DNA from: Frankiales bacterium
GTDB taxonomy: Bacteria; Actinomycetota; Actinomycetes; JAFAQI01
Assembly: GCA_025980465.1 (NCBI GenBank)
Contig: JAICXJ010000007.1
Location: 12,641-76,640 of the forward strand
Direction: 5' to 3'
DNA: 64,000 bases
In this document: piece by piece, positions 38,500 through 47,950 of the stretch
How positions within the stretch are numbered: position 1 is the stretch's first letter
Layout of the letters: every line of letters begins with the position of its first letter
Notes under the pieces: generated by a model
Seen by the model: the letters and a program-made list of their open reading frames with translations, nothing else
The model's database searches: none
Told to the model about the DNA's origin: nothing
Program-made: the position numbers and the translations under genes

Positions 38500-40818
38500 T
38501 TGGCGCCACCCCTCGCGGGCTACCGCGTCATCGATCTCTCGACCTGGATCGCCGGCGGCTACGGCACGAAGCTGCTCGTCGACGGCGGTGCCGAGGTCAT
38601 CAAGATCGAGCCACCGGGCGGTGACCCGCTTCGGCGCTGGTCGGCGTCAGGCGCGCCGATCCCGACCGGCGCCGATGGCGCTTTGTTCAACTACCTCGGC
38701 GCCGGCAAGCGCAGCGTCGCCGCCGATCCGGGCGATCTTGCCTCGTTGTCGGATCTGATGGGGTCGGCCGACGCCGTCGTGTGGTCGCCGGGCTCGCCGG
38801 TCGCCGAACATCCGTCGCTCGTGCCTGCCGCGCTCCGTGACCGTCATCCCCACCTCGCGATCGCGGCGGTCACGCCGTTCGGGTTGACCGGGCCATGGGC
38901 GGACAAGCCGGCGACCGAGTTCACGTTGCAGGCCTGGTCCGGCGCGGTCGTCGGCATCGGCCGCGGCAGCGTCGACCGGCCACCGATGTACGTCGGCGGC
39001 CAGGTCGGTGAATGGATCGCCGGCACGTGGGCAGCGATCGGGCTGCTCGCCGCACGACGCGCGGGCGGCGGTGCGCTGATCGACCTGTCCATGCTCGAGG
39101 CACTCACGATGTCGCTGACCTACTACCCGGTGACGTTCCACGACCAGCTCGGATATCCGATGCGAAAGAAGCGGTCGGTGCCGACTCCCGGCGTGCATGC
39201 CGCCAAGGACGGCATGGTGGGGCTCGGCTGCGGCACCGGCCAGCAGTGGCTCGACTTCTGCGCGATGATCGGCCACCCCGAGTGGATGGACGACCGCTCG
39301 CTGTTCCTCAACCGCACCGGTTTGGCACCGACGATCGATCGCTGGATGGCCGAGCACTCGGTCGAGGAGATCATCGAGCTGGCGAGCGCATTCCGGATCC
39401 CGAACGCGCCGATCGTCAACGGTGAGAACGCCCCGGCGTACGACCACTTCCTCGCCCGGGACACCTTCCGTCCGAACCCGATCGACGGCGCACTCAATCC
39501 GCGCCCGCCGTTCCGGATGACGACCGCGACCAGTAGGGGTGCCGATCGTCGGCAGCGCACCGGCGGCGGCCTGCCGTTCAGCGGGCTGCGGGTGCTGGAG
39601 ATGACGGCGTTCTGGGCCGGGCCACTGGTCGGCCACGTCCTCGCACTGCTCGGTGCCGAGGTGATCCACCTCGAGTCGGCGAACCGGCCCGACGGCGCCC
39701 GGCTGGTCGGCGGCGTACCCCAGACGACCGAGCAGTACTGGGAGCGCGGGCCGATCTTCGCCGCGCTCAACACCAACAAGAAGAGCCTCACTCTTGACCT
39801 GAACGATCCCCGGGGCATCGATCTACTACATCGGGTCGTCGCGACCTGTGACGTCGTCGTCGAGAACTTCACCCCTCGCGTGCTCGACCAGCTCGGGCTC
39901 ACCTACGACGGACTCAAGGCGAGCCGACCTGATCTCGTCATGGTCCGGATGCCGGGGTTCGGGCTCGACGGGCCGTGGCGAGACCGGGCCGCCTTTGCCT
40001 TCGTGATCGAGGACGCATCGGGTCTGACCTGGCTCACCGGTCATCCCGACCAGCTGCCCAACGAGCCGTACTGCCTCGGCGACCCGAACGCCGGACTGCA
40101 TGCCATCGTCGGGACGCTGCTGGCGCTCGAGCACCGCGACCGCACGGGCGAGGGTGGCCTGGTTGAGGCGGCGATGGTCGATGCCGCGCTCACCATCGCG
40201 GCTGAGCAGGTGATCGAGCACTCGGCGTACGGGGTGCTGTTGTCGCGCTCGGGCAACCGTGGCCCGATGGCGGCGCCGCAGAACCTCTACCTGGCCGCCG
40301 GACCGGATGACTACGGCCGGGACGACTCCTGGGTGGCCATCGCGGTGGCATCCGACGACCAGTGGGTCGCGTTGGGCAAAGCGCTCGGCGAACCGGACTG
40401 GGCGATCGATCCGGATTACGACAGCGCCGCCGGCCGGCGGGCCGGACAGGACCGAATCGACGAGGCGTTGCGGGCCTGGTGTCGGGAGCGGACCGCCGAG
40501 GAGATCGTCGAGTGCCTGTGGGAGGCCGGCGTCCCGGTCGGCAAGGTGATGCAGCCGCACCGGCAACCCGAGCTGCCCCAGCTTCACGCGCGCAACTTCT
40601 TCGAGCACCTGACCCATCCGGTGGCCGGGCCGGCTCGATACAGCACCCTTCCGATGCAGTTCAGGCCCGGGCCGGAGCGGCTTCACACCCGGCCCGCGCC
40701 GCTGCTCGGCGAGCACAACACCGAGCTGCTCACCGAGCTCGGCCTCAACACCGATGAGATCAACGCACTCGAGTCGGCCGGCGTCATCGGCCGATCGATG
40801 CCGACAGGAGAGGGCTGA
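38500..40818 (+). CDS. tandem-fused family III CoA-transferase (two CaiB/BaiF domains in one polypeptide)
   Basis: About 773 aa. Domain 1: LAGYRVIDLSTWIAGGYGTKLLVDGGAEVIKIEPPGGDPLRRW. Domain 2: LSGLRVLEMTAFWAGPLVGHVLALLGAEVIHLESANRPDG. TTG start 3 nt after the ECH stop (alternative ATG 38452 overlaps). Confidence 0.8.
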   Translation: MAPPLAGYRVIDLSTWIAGGYGTKLLVDGGAEVIKIEPPGGDPLRRWSASGAPIPTGADGALFNYLGAGKRSVAADPGDLASLSDLMGSADAVVWSPGSPVAEHPSLVPAALRDRHPHLAIAAVTPFGLTGPWADKPATEFTLQAWSGAVVGIGRGSVDRPPMYVGGQVGEWIAGTWAAIGLLAARRAGGGALIDLSMLEALTMSLTYYPVTFHDQLGYPMRKKRSVPTPGVHAAKDGMVGLGCGTGQQWLDFCAMIGHPEWMDDRSLFLNRTGLAPTIDRWMAEHSVEEIIELASAFRIPNAPIVNGENAPAYDHFLARDTFRPNPIDGALNPRPPFRMTTATSRGADRRQRTGGGLPFSGLRVLEMTAFWAGPLVGHVLALLGAEVIHLESANRPDGARLVGGVPQTTEQYWERGPIFAALNTNKKSLTLDLNDPRGIDLLHRVVATCDVVVENFTPRVLDQLGLTYDGLKASRPDLVMVRMPGFGLDGPWRDRAAFAFVIEDASGLTWLTGHPDQLPNEPYCLGDPNAGLHAIVGTLLALEHRDRTGEGGLVEAAMVDAALTIAAEQVIEHSAYGVLLSRSGNRGPMAAPQNLYLAAGPDDYGRDDSWVAIAVASDDQWVALGKALGEPDWAIDPDYDSAAGRRAGQDRIDEALRAWCRERTAEEIVECLWEAGVPVGKVMQPHRQPELPQLHARNFFEHLTHPVAGPARYSTLPMQFRPGPERLHTRPAPLLGEHNTELLTELGLNTDEINALESAGVIGRSMPTGEG

Positions 40819-41447
40819 TGGCACCTCGGGCAACACCACCGCGCGGTGGTGGGTTCGAACCGGCGCCGTTCGATGTCGTCGAGGCCTCGCGCCAGGTGTG
40901 GCTGAGCCACTGGAATCCGGAGGCGGCATCCGGCATGGCGGTGTTCACCGCGATCCTGCGCTCCCAGCAGTTGCTCGCCGACGAGGTCAACCGCGTGATG
41001 CGACGCCACGAACTGACCTTCGCCCGCTACGAGGTGCTGACCTGGCTCGCCACCGACCCGGAGTCATCGCTGACCCTGAGCTGGATCAGCAAGACGCTGC
41101 GGATCCCGCCGGCAACCGTCACCAACATCATCGACAAGCTCGAGGCCGATCGCCTGGTACGTCGGGTCCAGCATCCGTCCGACGCCCGCACCACGCTCGC
41201 CGTGATCACGCCCCGGGGCCGTCGGGTGGCCCAGAGCGCGACCGACGACCTCAACACCACCGTGTACGAGCAGATCGGGCTGTCCGAACCGCAGCGAGAG
41301 CAGCTGACCGACCTGCTCGCCGAGCTGCGGGCGAGTGCGAACGAGTTCGACGTCGAGCGTTCTCAGCAGGTCATCGAGGAGCTCGGCACCCGGCACCGGC
41401 CGGCACCCGCCCGGCCGCGGCGCAAGCCCGGGATCGACGTGGCATGA
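40818..41447 (+). CDS. MarR family transcriptional regulator
   Basis: 209 aa. Winged HTH LTFARYEVLTWLATDPESSLTLSWISKTLRIPPATVTNIIDKLEADRLVRRVQHPSDAR. ATGA overlap with the CoA-transferase stop. Confidence 0.8.
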   Translation: MAPRATPPRGGGFEPAPFDVVEASRQVWLSHWNPEAASGMAVFTAILRSQQLLADEVNRVMRRHELTFARYEVLTWLATDPESSLTLSWISKTLRIPPATVTNIIDKLEADRLVRRVQHPSDARTTLAVITPRGRRVAQSATDDLNTTVYEQIGLSEPQREQLTDLLAELRASANEFDVERSQQVIEELGTRHRPAPARPRRKPGIDVA

Positions 41448-41513
41448 GCACAGTTCCATCCGCGATTCGATGTCCCGGATCCGCTCGAACGACAAGTGAC
41501 GGGTAGGTAATCA

Positions 41514-42707
41514 GTGAGTCCTGACGACCCGGTCTACTACGACCCGTACGACGTCGACCTCGTCCGCGACCCGTGGCCGACGTACCGCCGGCTGCGTGAG
41601 GAAGCGCCGCTGTATTACAACGAGAAGTACGACTTCTACGCCGTCAGCCGCTACGCCGACTGCGAGCGTGGACTACCGGACTGGGAGACGTTCAACTCCG
41701 GCCGCGGCGCGATCATCGAGCTGATCAAGGCGAACCTCGATCTCCCCCCCGGCACCCTGATCTTCGAGGACCCGCCGATCCACGACATTCACCGCAACCT
41801 GCTGGTCCGTGTCTTCACGCCCCGCCGGGTCGCCGCGCTCGAGCCGAAGATCCGCGAGTACTGCGCCCGCCATCTCGACCCACTGATCGGCGAGAGGCGG
41901 TTCGACCTGATCGCCGAGCTCGGCGCCCAGATGCCGTCCCTCGTCATCGGGATGCTGCTCGGCATCCCGGAAGCCGACCAGGCTGCTGTCCGGGAAAGCG
42001 TCGACAACAACCTGCGGACCAGGGCCGGACAGCAGATGAAGGTGAAGGACGCGTCGTTCGTCTCGGGCGAGATGTTCGAGGAGTACATCGACTGGCGCGC
42101 CAAGAACCCTTCCAACGACCTGATGACCGACCTGCTCAACGCAGAGTTCGTCGACGAGACCGGCAAGACCCGCAAGCTCACCAAGCAAGAGGTGCTCACG
42201 TACGTCACCGTCGTCGCCGGGGCGGGCAACGAGACCACGACCCGGCTGATCGGATGGATGGGGTCGCTGCTCGCGCAGCATCCGCAGCAGCGCGCCGCAC
42301 TCGTCGCGGATCCGAGCCTGATCCCCAACGCGGTCGAGGAGACACTGCGCTTCGAGCCACCCGGCCCGCACGTCGCGCGGTACGTCGCGAAGGATGTCGA
42401 GCTGCACGGTACGACGGTGCCGGAGGGCAGCGTGATGCTGTTTTTGCTCGGCTCCGGCAACCGGGATGATCGCAGGTTCCCCGACGGCGACACCTACAAC
42501 ATCCACCGCGCGATCACCCAGCACCTCGGCTTCGGCTATGCCGTCCACTACTGCATGGGTGCCGCACTCGCCCGGCTCGAGGGGCGGGTGGCGCTGGAAG
42601 AGATCCTCACTCGCTTCCCGGAGTGGGACGTCGACTGGGACCAGGCGCGGCTGGGTCAGACCTCGACGGTCCGGGGTTGGGAGACGCTACCGATCACCAT
42701 CGGCTAG
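41514..42707 (+). CDS. cytochrome P450
   Basis: 397 aa. EETLRFEPP K-helix and heme loop FGYAVHYCMGAALARLEG. Confidence 0.85.
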   Translation: MSPDDPVYYDPYDVDLVRDPWPTYRRLREEAPLYYNEKYDFYAVSRYADCERGLPDWETFNSGRGAIIELIKANLDLPPGTLIFEDPPIHDIHRNLLVRVFTPRRVAALEPKIREYCARHLDPLIGERRFDLIAELGAQMPSLVIGMLLGIPEADQAAVRESVDNNLRTRAGQQMKVKDASFVSGEMFEEYIDWRAKNPSNDLMTDLLNAEFVDETGKTRKLTKQEVLTYVTVVAGAGNETTTRLIGWMGSLLAQHPQQRAALVADPSLIPNAVEETLRFEPPGPHVARYVAKDVELHGTTVPEGSVMLFLLGSGNRDDRRFPDGDTYNIHRAITQHLGFGYAVHYCMGAALARLEGRVALEEILTRFPEWDVDWDQARLGQTSTVRGWETLPITIG

Positions 42708-42895
42708 GCCGTCACGAGTGCCTCGATGATCGATGCGAGGCGGTCAAGCGTCGCGATCATCCTGGTCCTCAACTGGTCACCGCACCGACGCGGATCTGTC
42801 AAGCAACAGCGGTATGAGAGGACCATTCTCATTGATGAATAGAAGGTTCATGGATTGGAAAATGTGCCGCTCATCAGCGATACTCTCGATCCACA

Positions 42896-44554
42896 ATGAC
42901 CCGGCCACGCCACGTCTCGCCCGCCGCCGGCGGCCGTTCGACCGCCGTTGACATCCCCCTGCCGAGCCAGGATGCTGTGCGCTTGCACAGCGTCTACTCG
43001 CACCGGCTCGGTCGTCGAGGTTTCCGGCGCCGTTCCGCCGCGGCGCTGACAGCGGCCGGAGCGCTGGTCATTGCCGCCTGCGGCGCGCGCGTGCCACCGG
43101 ATCTGGCCCGGTCCAGCGGCAGCTCCTCGATCCTTCCCGGGGCCTCCGCAACGGCTCCGACCACGCCCACCGGCGGTGGGTCGACGCCCGGCGCCGGGCC
43201 GGTGACGTCCGGGACCAATCCGGCCACCGGCGGCTCCTCCGGCCCGGGAACGACGACCGGTCAGCCTGGCGGCAAGTCCGGTGGCGGACAGTCGGCCCCG
43301 CCGGCGCCGTCCGGCGGGACGTCGATCGCCTCACTTACGCCGGCCAGCTTCAACTTCAACCCGCAGACCGAGGCGTCGTACTGCACCGGCACGACCGGGA
43401 ACAAGTCCTCGGCACCGGGCGTGACGCCGACCAGCATCACGATCGGCAACGTCAGCGGCATCACCGGCGCGGTCTCCGGTGTCTTCGAGCCGGCGGTCGA
43501 CGCGGTGACCGCGGCAGTGAAAGCAGTCAACCACTTCGGCGGGATCTGTGGCCGCCAGCTGGTCCTCAAGGTCGAGGACGACAACCAGTCCTCCAGCACC
43601 CACACCTCCGAGGTCTCCTTCCTGATCCCGAAGGTGCTCGCTTTCGTCGGCTCGACTTCCGACGGCGACAACGGCGGGGTGCCGGCAATGGAAGCGGCGC
43701 ACGTGCCGGACATCGGCCGGGCTGCGAACGTCAACCGCTCCAACTCCTCGACGTACTGGTCGGCGGACGGCGGCAGCGTCGTGGTCAAGCACGGCCGGTC
43801 CTTCCTCTACGACACGCTGGTCAACGGCCTGCGTAAGTACCACCAGCTGCCGAGCAGCATGGCGCTGCTGTCGTACGGCATCCCGGTCGCGGCTCAGGTG
43901 GCCGAGCAGTACGGCAAGCTGTTCGCCGCCCGGGGCGTGAAGATCTGCTACACGAACTACTCGGTCCCGCCGGCACCCGGCGCCACGATGGGCTCGATCG
44001 TCTCCAGCATGAAGGCGAAGCACTGCGGTGGTGTCTTCGTGGTCATGGACGTGGTCGGCAACGCCGACATGCTCCGCGACATGCAGTCGGAGAACTTCAG
44101 GCCCAGCCTGGTGCTGACCACGCAGGGCGCCTACACCCAGGACCAGATCTCCCTCGCCGGCCAGTCGGCGGCGCAAGGATTCGCGGTCTATCTGCCGTCG
44201 GCTCCATTCGGCGAGTCGAACCCCACCCTGCAGCTGTTCGAGTCCCAGCTCGCGACGTACGAGCCGGGCAAGGAGGTCAACGAGTTCAGCATCGAGTCCT
44301 GGGCCGACACCCAGATGTTCATCTACGCGTTGCTCAAGGCCGGCCGGAACCCGACCCGGGCGTCGCTGACCAGCGCGCTCGCCGGGATCAGGAACTGGAC
44401 CACCGGCGGGGTATTCGGGCCGTACACCCCGAACACTCACGGGACCGCCCGCTGCTACCTGGGTGCCGCGGTCAAGGGCAACACCTTTGTCCGGACCTGG
44501 CCGCCGAGCGGCATCTACTGCAACGGCTCGCTGGTCGACGTCGGCGCGGGCTAG
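42896..44554 (+). CDS. ABC transporter substrate-binding lipoprotein, LivK/AmiC (branched-chain amino acid/amide) family with long Pro/Gly/Thr/Ser-rich linker
   Basis: 552 aa. Lipobox-like LVIAAC. About 90 aa low-complexity linker followed by a type-I periplasmic-binding fold ([15 protein letters not shown]..., [12 protein letters not shown]). Confidence 0.75.
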   Translation: MTRPRHVSPAAGGRSTAVDIPLPSQDAVRLHSVYSHRLGRRGFRRRSAAALTAAGALVIAACGARVPPDLARSSGSSSILPGASATAPTTPTGGGSTPGAGPVTSGTNPATGGSSGPGTTTGQPGGKSGGGQSAPPAPSGGTSIASLTPASFNFNPQTEASYCTGTTGNKSSAPGVTPTSITIGNVSGITGAVSGVFEPAVDAVTAAVKAVNHFGGICGRQLVLKVEDDNQSSSTHTSEVSFLIPKVLAFVGSTSDGDNGGVPAMEAAHVPDIGRAANVNRSNSSTYWSADGGSVVVKHGRSFLYDTLVNGLRKYHQLPSSMALLSYGIPVAAQVAEQYGKLFAARGVKICYTNYSVPPAPGATMGSIVSSMKAKHCGGVFVVMDVVGNADMLRDMQSENFRPSLVLTTQGAYTQDQISLAGQSAAQGFAVYLPSAPFGESNPTLQLFESQLATYEPGKEVNEFSIESWADTQMFIYALLKAGRNPTRASLTSALAGIRNWTTGGVFGPYTPNTHGTARCYLGAAVKGNTFVRTWPPSGIYCNGSLVDVGAG

Positions 44555-44557
44555 CGC

Positions 44558-46489
44558 ATGCTCCCCTTCATCATCCTGGGGTTGTCGGCCGGCGCGGCCT
44601 ACGCCCTTGCCTCGATCGGAATCGTCCTCACCTATAAGACGACCGGCATCTTCAACTTCGCCTACGCCGGTGTGGCGATGTTCTGCGCCTACGTGTTCTG
44701 GCAGCTGCGCGACCGCTGGCACCTGACCCAATGGCTCGCGCTACCTCTCCTGCTGCTCGTCGTCGCACCCCTCCTCGGCGTGATCCTCGAGTCGCTGTTC
44801 CGGCTGCTCGCCGCAACAACGGTCGAAGTGCAGATCGTCGTCTCCCTCGGCTTGCTCGCGTTCTTCACGACGTTCGTGACGATCATCTGGGGCGGCAATC
44901 CGCGTCTGCTGACCTCGATCTTCCCGTCGGGCAAGTTCTCGCCCGCTCATGACGTGTACGTCACCGGGGACCAGGCGGGGACATTCCTGCTCGCCCTGGC
45001 GATGGCGGGTGGCCTCTACGTCGTGCTCAACCGGACCCGGCTCGGTACGGCGACCCGCGCCGTCGTCGACAACCGTGACCTCGCCGGGCTCGTCGGCGCA
45101 AACGCGAATGCGGTGGGACAGTCGGCCTGGATCATCTCGACGATCTTCGCCGCGATGGCAGGCGTGATGCTCTCGACCGAAGAGGGACTCGTCACCTACG
45201 TCCTGCCGGCCCTGGTGTTCTTCTCCTTCGCACCGGCGGTGCTCGGACGGCTGGTCAACCTGCCGCTGGCGTTCGTGGGCGCGATCGGTCTCGGCCTGCT
45301 CGACAGCATCCTCGCGAAGTACAACAGCTCGGGGACGCTCGCCAAGATCGAGACCTCGATCCCTTACCTCGCGCTGTTCCTGCTTCTGGTGGCGTACGGC
45401 AGGCGGCTGACCGAGGTGCGGTCGTCGCTGCGTGCCACCGGTGGCTCCCGGGTCGTCGTCCACACCGGCTGGCGCAACCTCGGCTGGGGCGTCGCCGCGA
45501 TCATCATCGCGGTCGCGGTCGTGCCCCACGCGTTCGGCGCCTCGACGATCCAGGCTTTCGCTCAGGCCATGGCGTATGCCGTGGTGGCGCTGACGCTCGT
45601 CGTGCTGACCGGCTGGACCGGACAGATCTCGATCGCCCAGATGAGCTTCGCCGGCATCGGCGCGTTCGTCGCCGCCCACATCGCCGGCACGAACGGCGGC
45701 CTGTTCCCGCTCGCAGTGCTGGTCGGCATCGCCGTCGCCGTACCCGTCAGCCTGGTGATCGGCATCCCGTCGCTTCGACTGTCCGGGCTCTTCCTCGCGC
45801 TCGCGACGATGGCTTTCGCGCTGTTGATGGACAAGCTGGTCTTCGCCAGCAACTCGATCACCGGCGGCTTGACCGGCCTGAACCTCACCGCCGCGAAGAT
45901 CGGTCCACTGTCCTTCGCCTCCCCCACGGCACAGTTCTACTTATGCCTCATCGCGCTGAGCCTCGCCGGGCTGGGCGCCTTCTGGCTTCGACAGGGCCCG
46001 ATCGGCCGCCGGCTACAGATGGTCCGTGACTCGCCCAACGCCACCGTCACCCTCGGAGCGAGTCTCACCGCGACAAAGCTCGCCGTGTTCGCCGCGTGTT
46101 CGGCCGTGGCAGCAATCGGCGGCGCCCTCCTGGCGGTCACCCAGGCGACCGTCGTGCCGAGCAACTTCTCCTTCGACACCTCCCTCGAGCTGCTCCTGGT
46201 CGTGGTGGTCGGTGGGCGCTCGCTGATCAGCGGCGCGGTCATCGCCGGCGGCTTCGACCTGGTGCAGCTGCTGCCGCTGCCGGCGGCCGTCGACAAATAC
46301 CTGCCGTTGGGCATCGCGTTCAGCGTGGTGGCGATCGCGCGCGAGCCCGACGGGCTCGGCCGGGTGATGGTTCGGCAGTTGAGCTACGCGCTCGACGTGC
46401 TCTACCGACGCGCCCGCCGACCGGCCTCGCCGCCGCTGCGGCGTACCGCGCCTCGGCTGGTCCGACAGAAGGCGGCCAACCGTGCCTGA
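44558..46489 (+). CDS. ABC transporter permease, fused LivH-like plus LivM-like domains
   Basis: 643 aa. N-terminal half GLSAGAAYALASIGIVLTYKTTGIFNFAYAG is LivH-type. C-terminal half (from about 300) is LivM-type. Confidence 0.8.
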   Translation: MLPFIILGLSAGAAYALASIGIVLTYKTTGIFNFAYAGVAMFCAYVFWQLRDRWHLTQWLALPLLLLVVAPLLGVILESLFRLLAATTVEVQIVVSLGLLAFFTTFVTIIWGGNPRLLTSIFPSGKFSPAHDVYVTGDQAGTFLLALAMAGGLYVVLNRTRLGTATRAVVDNRDLAGLVGANANAVGQSAWIISTIFAAMAGVMLSTEEGLVTYVLPALVFFSFAPAVLGRLVNLPLAFVGAIGLGLLDSILAKYNSSGTLAKIETSIPYLALFLLLVAYGRRLTEVRSSLRATGGSRVVVHTGWRNLGWGVAAIIIAVAVVPHAFGASTIQAFAQAMAYAVVALTLVVLTGWTGQISIAQMSFAGIGAFVAAHIAGTNGGLFPLAVLVGIAVAVPVSLVIGIPSLRLSGLFLALATMAFALLMDKLVFASNSITGGLTGLNLTAAKIGPLSFASPTAQFYLCLIALSLAGLGAFWLRQGPIGRRLQMVRDSPNATVTLGASLTATKLAVFAACSAVAAIGGALLAVTQATVVPSNFSFDTSLELLLVVVVGGRSLISGAVIAGGFDLVQLLPLPAAVDKYLPLGIAFSVVAIAREPDGLGRVMVRQLSYALDVLYRRARRPASPPLRRTAPRLVRQKAANRA

Positions 46490-47234
46490 GCCACTCCTGC
46501 GCGCCAACGCCGTGACGGTCACGTTCGGTGGGTTGATCGCGCTCAGTGAGGTCGATCTCGAGGTCGCGCCGACCGGCATCACCGGGCTAATCGGCCCGAA
46601 CGGTGCCGGGAAGACCACGATGTTCAACGTCATCACCGGGCTGCAGCGCCCGACCGGCGGGACAGTCCATTACGACGGACACGACATCCGCCGCTGGGCG
46701 CCGCAGCGGCGGGCCCGGGCGGGGATGTCGAGGACTTTCCAACGGCTGGAGATGTTCGTCGGGATGTCAGTGCGCGACAACCTGCGGTCGGCGTGGGAGG
46801 CGAGCGTGCCCGGCGGTGTCTTCGGGCGGCAGGCCGCCGCCGGCCGCGAGACCGTCGAGGAAATCCTGTCCCGGCTCCAGTTGCACTCCTTCGCCGACCG
46901 GCGGGCGGGCGAGCTTCCGACCGGGATCTGCCGGATGGTCGAGCTCGGCCGTGCGCTGTGCACCCGGCCACGGCTGTTGCTGCTCGACGAGCCGAGCTCG
47001 GGACTGGACGCCGGCGAGACCGCGCGATTCCAGGACCTGCTTGTCGAGACCACGAGCGGCGATGGCCTCGGGCCGGCGGTGCTGCTGGTCGAACACGACG
47101 TGCGGCTGGTGATGGATGTCTGCCAGCAGATCACCGTGCTCGACTTCGGCCGTCGAATCGCGGCCGGCCCGCCGGCCGAGGTACGCAAGGACCCCGCCGT
47201 CATCGCGGCCTACCTTGGCGAGTCGGCAGCATGA
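46482..47234 (+). CDS. ABC transporter ATP-binding protein (LivG-like)
   Basis: 250 aa. Walker A GPNGAGKTT, signature and Walker B LLLLDEPSSGLD. Overlaps the permease stop by 8 nt. Confidence 0.85.
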   Translation: MPEPLLRANAVTVTFGGLIALSEVDLEVAPTGITGLIGPNGAGKTTMFNVITGLQRPTGGTVHYDGHDIRRWAPQRRARAGMSRTFQRLEMFVGMSVRDNLRSAWEASVPGGVFGRQAAAGRETVEEILSRLQLHSFADRRAGELPTGICRMVELGRALCTRPRLLLLDEPSSGLDAGETARFQDLLVETTSGDGLGPAVLLVEHDVRLVMDVCQQITVLDFGRRIAAGPPAEVRKDPAVIAAYLGESAA

Positions 47235-47950
47235 GCAGTCTGCTCGAGCTCGATCGGCTGTCGGTCTCCTACGGCGGGATGACCGCGCTGTCGCAGGTCA
47301 GTCTGCAGGTGCCGGAAGGCTGCGTTGTCGCGCTGCTCGGCTCCAACGGCGCCGGCAAGACCACGACGCTTCGCACCATCTCCGGCCTGGTGCGCCCGGC
47401 CGGCGGTGACATCCGCTTCCGCGGTCGCAGCATCGCGGGCCTACCGCCCCACCGGATCGCCGCACTCGGCGTGGTACACGTCCCGGAGGGACGGGGCATC
47501 TTCCGCAGCCTCACCGTCATCGAGAACCTGCAGATGGCGAGCTATGGCCGAGCCGCCGCGGGTTCGCACCGCGACATCGAGGCGGCGGTCGAGATGTTCC
47601 CCGTCCTCGGTCGACGCCTCAACCAGGCAGCGGGGACGCTGTCCGGCGGCGAGCAGCAGATGCTCGCGCTCGCCCGCGCGTTCGCCGCCGAGCCGGTGCT
47701 GCTCATGCTCGACGAGATCTCGATGGGACTGGCTCCCGCCATCAACGCCCAGCTGTTCGCAACGATCCGGTCGGTGGCAGAGCGCGGGATCAGCATGCTG
47801 CTCATCGAGCAGTACGTCGATGCGGCGCTCGCGCTTGCCGACTACTGTTACGTGCTCGAGAAGGGGCGGATCGTGGATGTCGGCGAGCCGGAGGATCTTC
47901 GTCACTCCGAGGCACTCACCGCTGCCTACCTGGGAGCGGGAGTCACGTGA
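47231..47950 (+). CDS. ABC transporter ATP-binding protein (LivF-like)
   Basis: 239 aa from MSSLLELD. GSNGAGKTT, LSGGEQQM, LLMLDEISMGL. ATGA overlap with the LivG-like stop. Confidence 0.85.
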   Translation: MSSLLELDRLSVSYGGMTALSQVSLQVPEGCVVALLGSNGAGKTTTLRTISGLVRPAGGDIRFRGRSIAGLPPHRIAALGVVHVPEGRGIFRSLTVIENLQMASYGRAAAGSHRDIEAAVEMFPVLGRRLNQAAGTLSGGEQQMLALARAFAAEPVLLMLDEISMGLAPAINAQLFATIRSVAERGISMLLIEQYVDAALALADYCYVLEKGRIVDVGEPEDLRHSEALTAAYLGAGVT

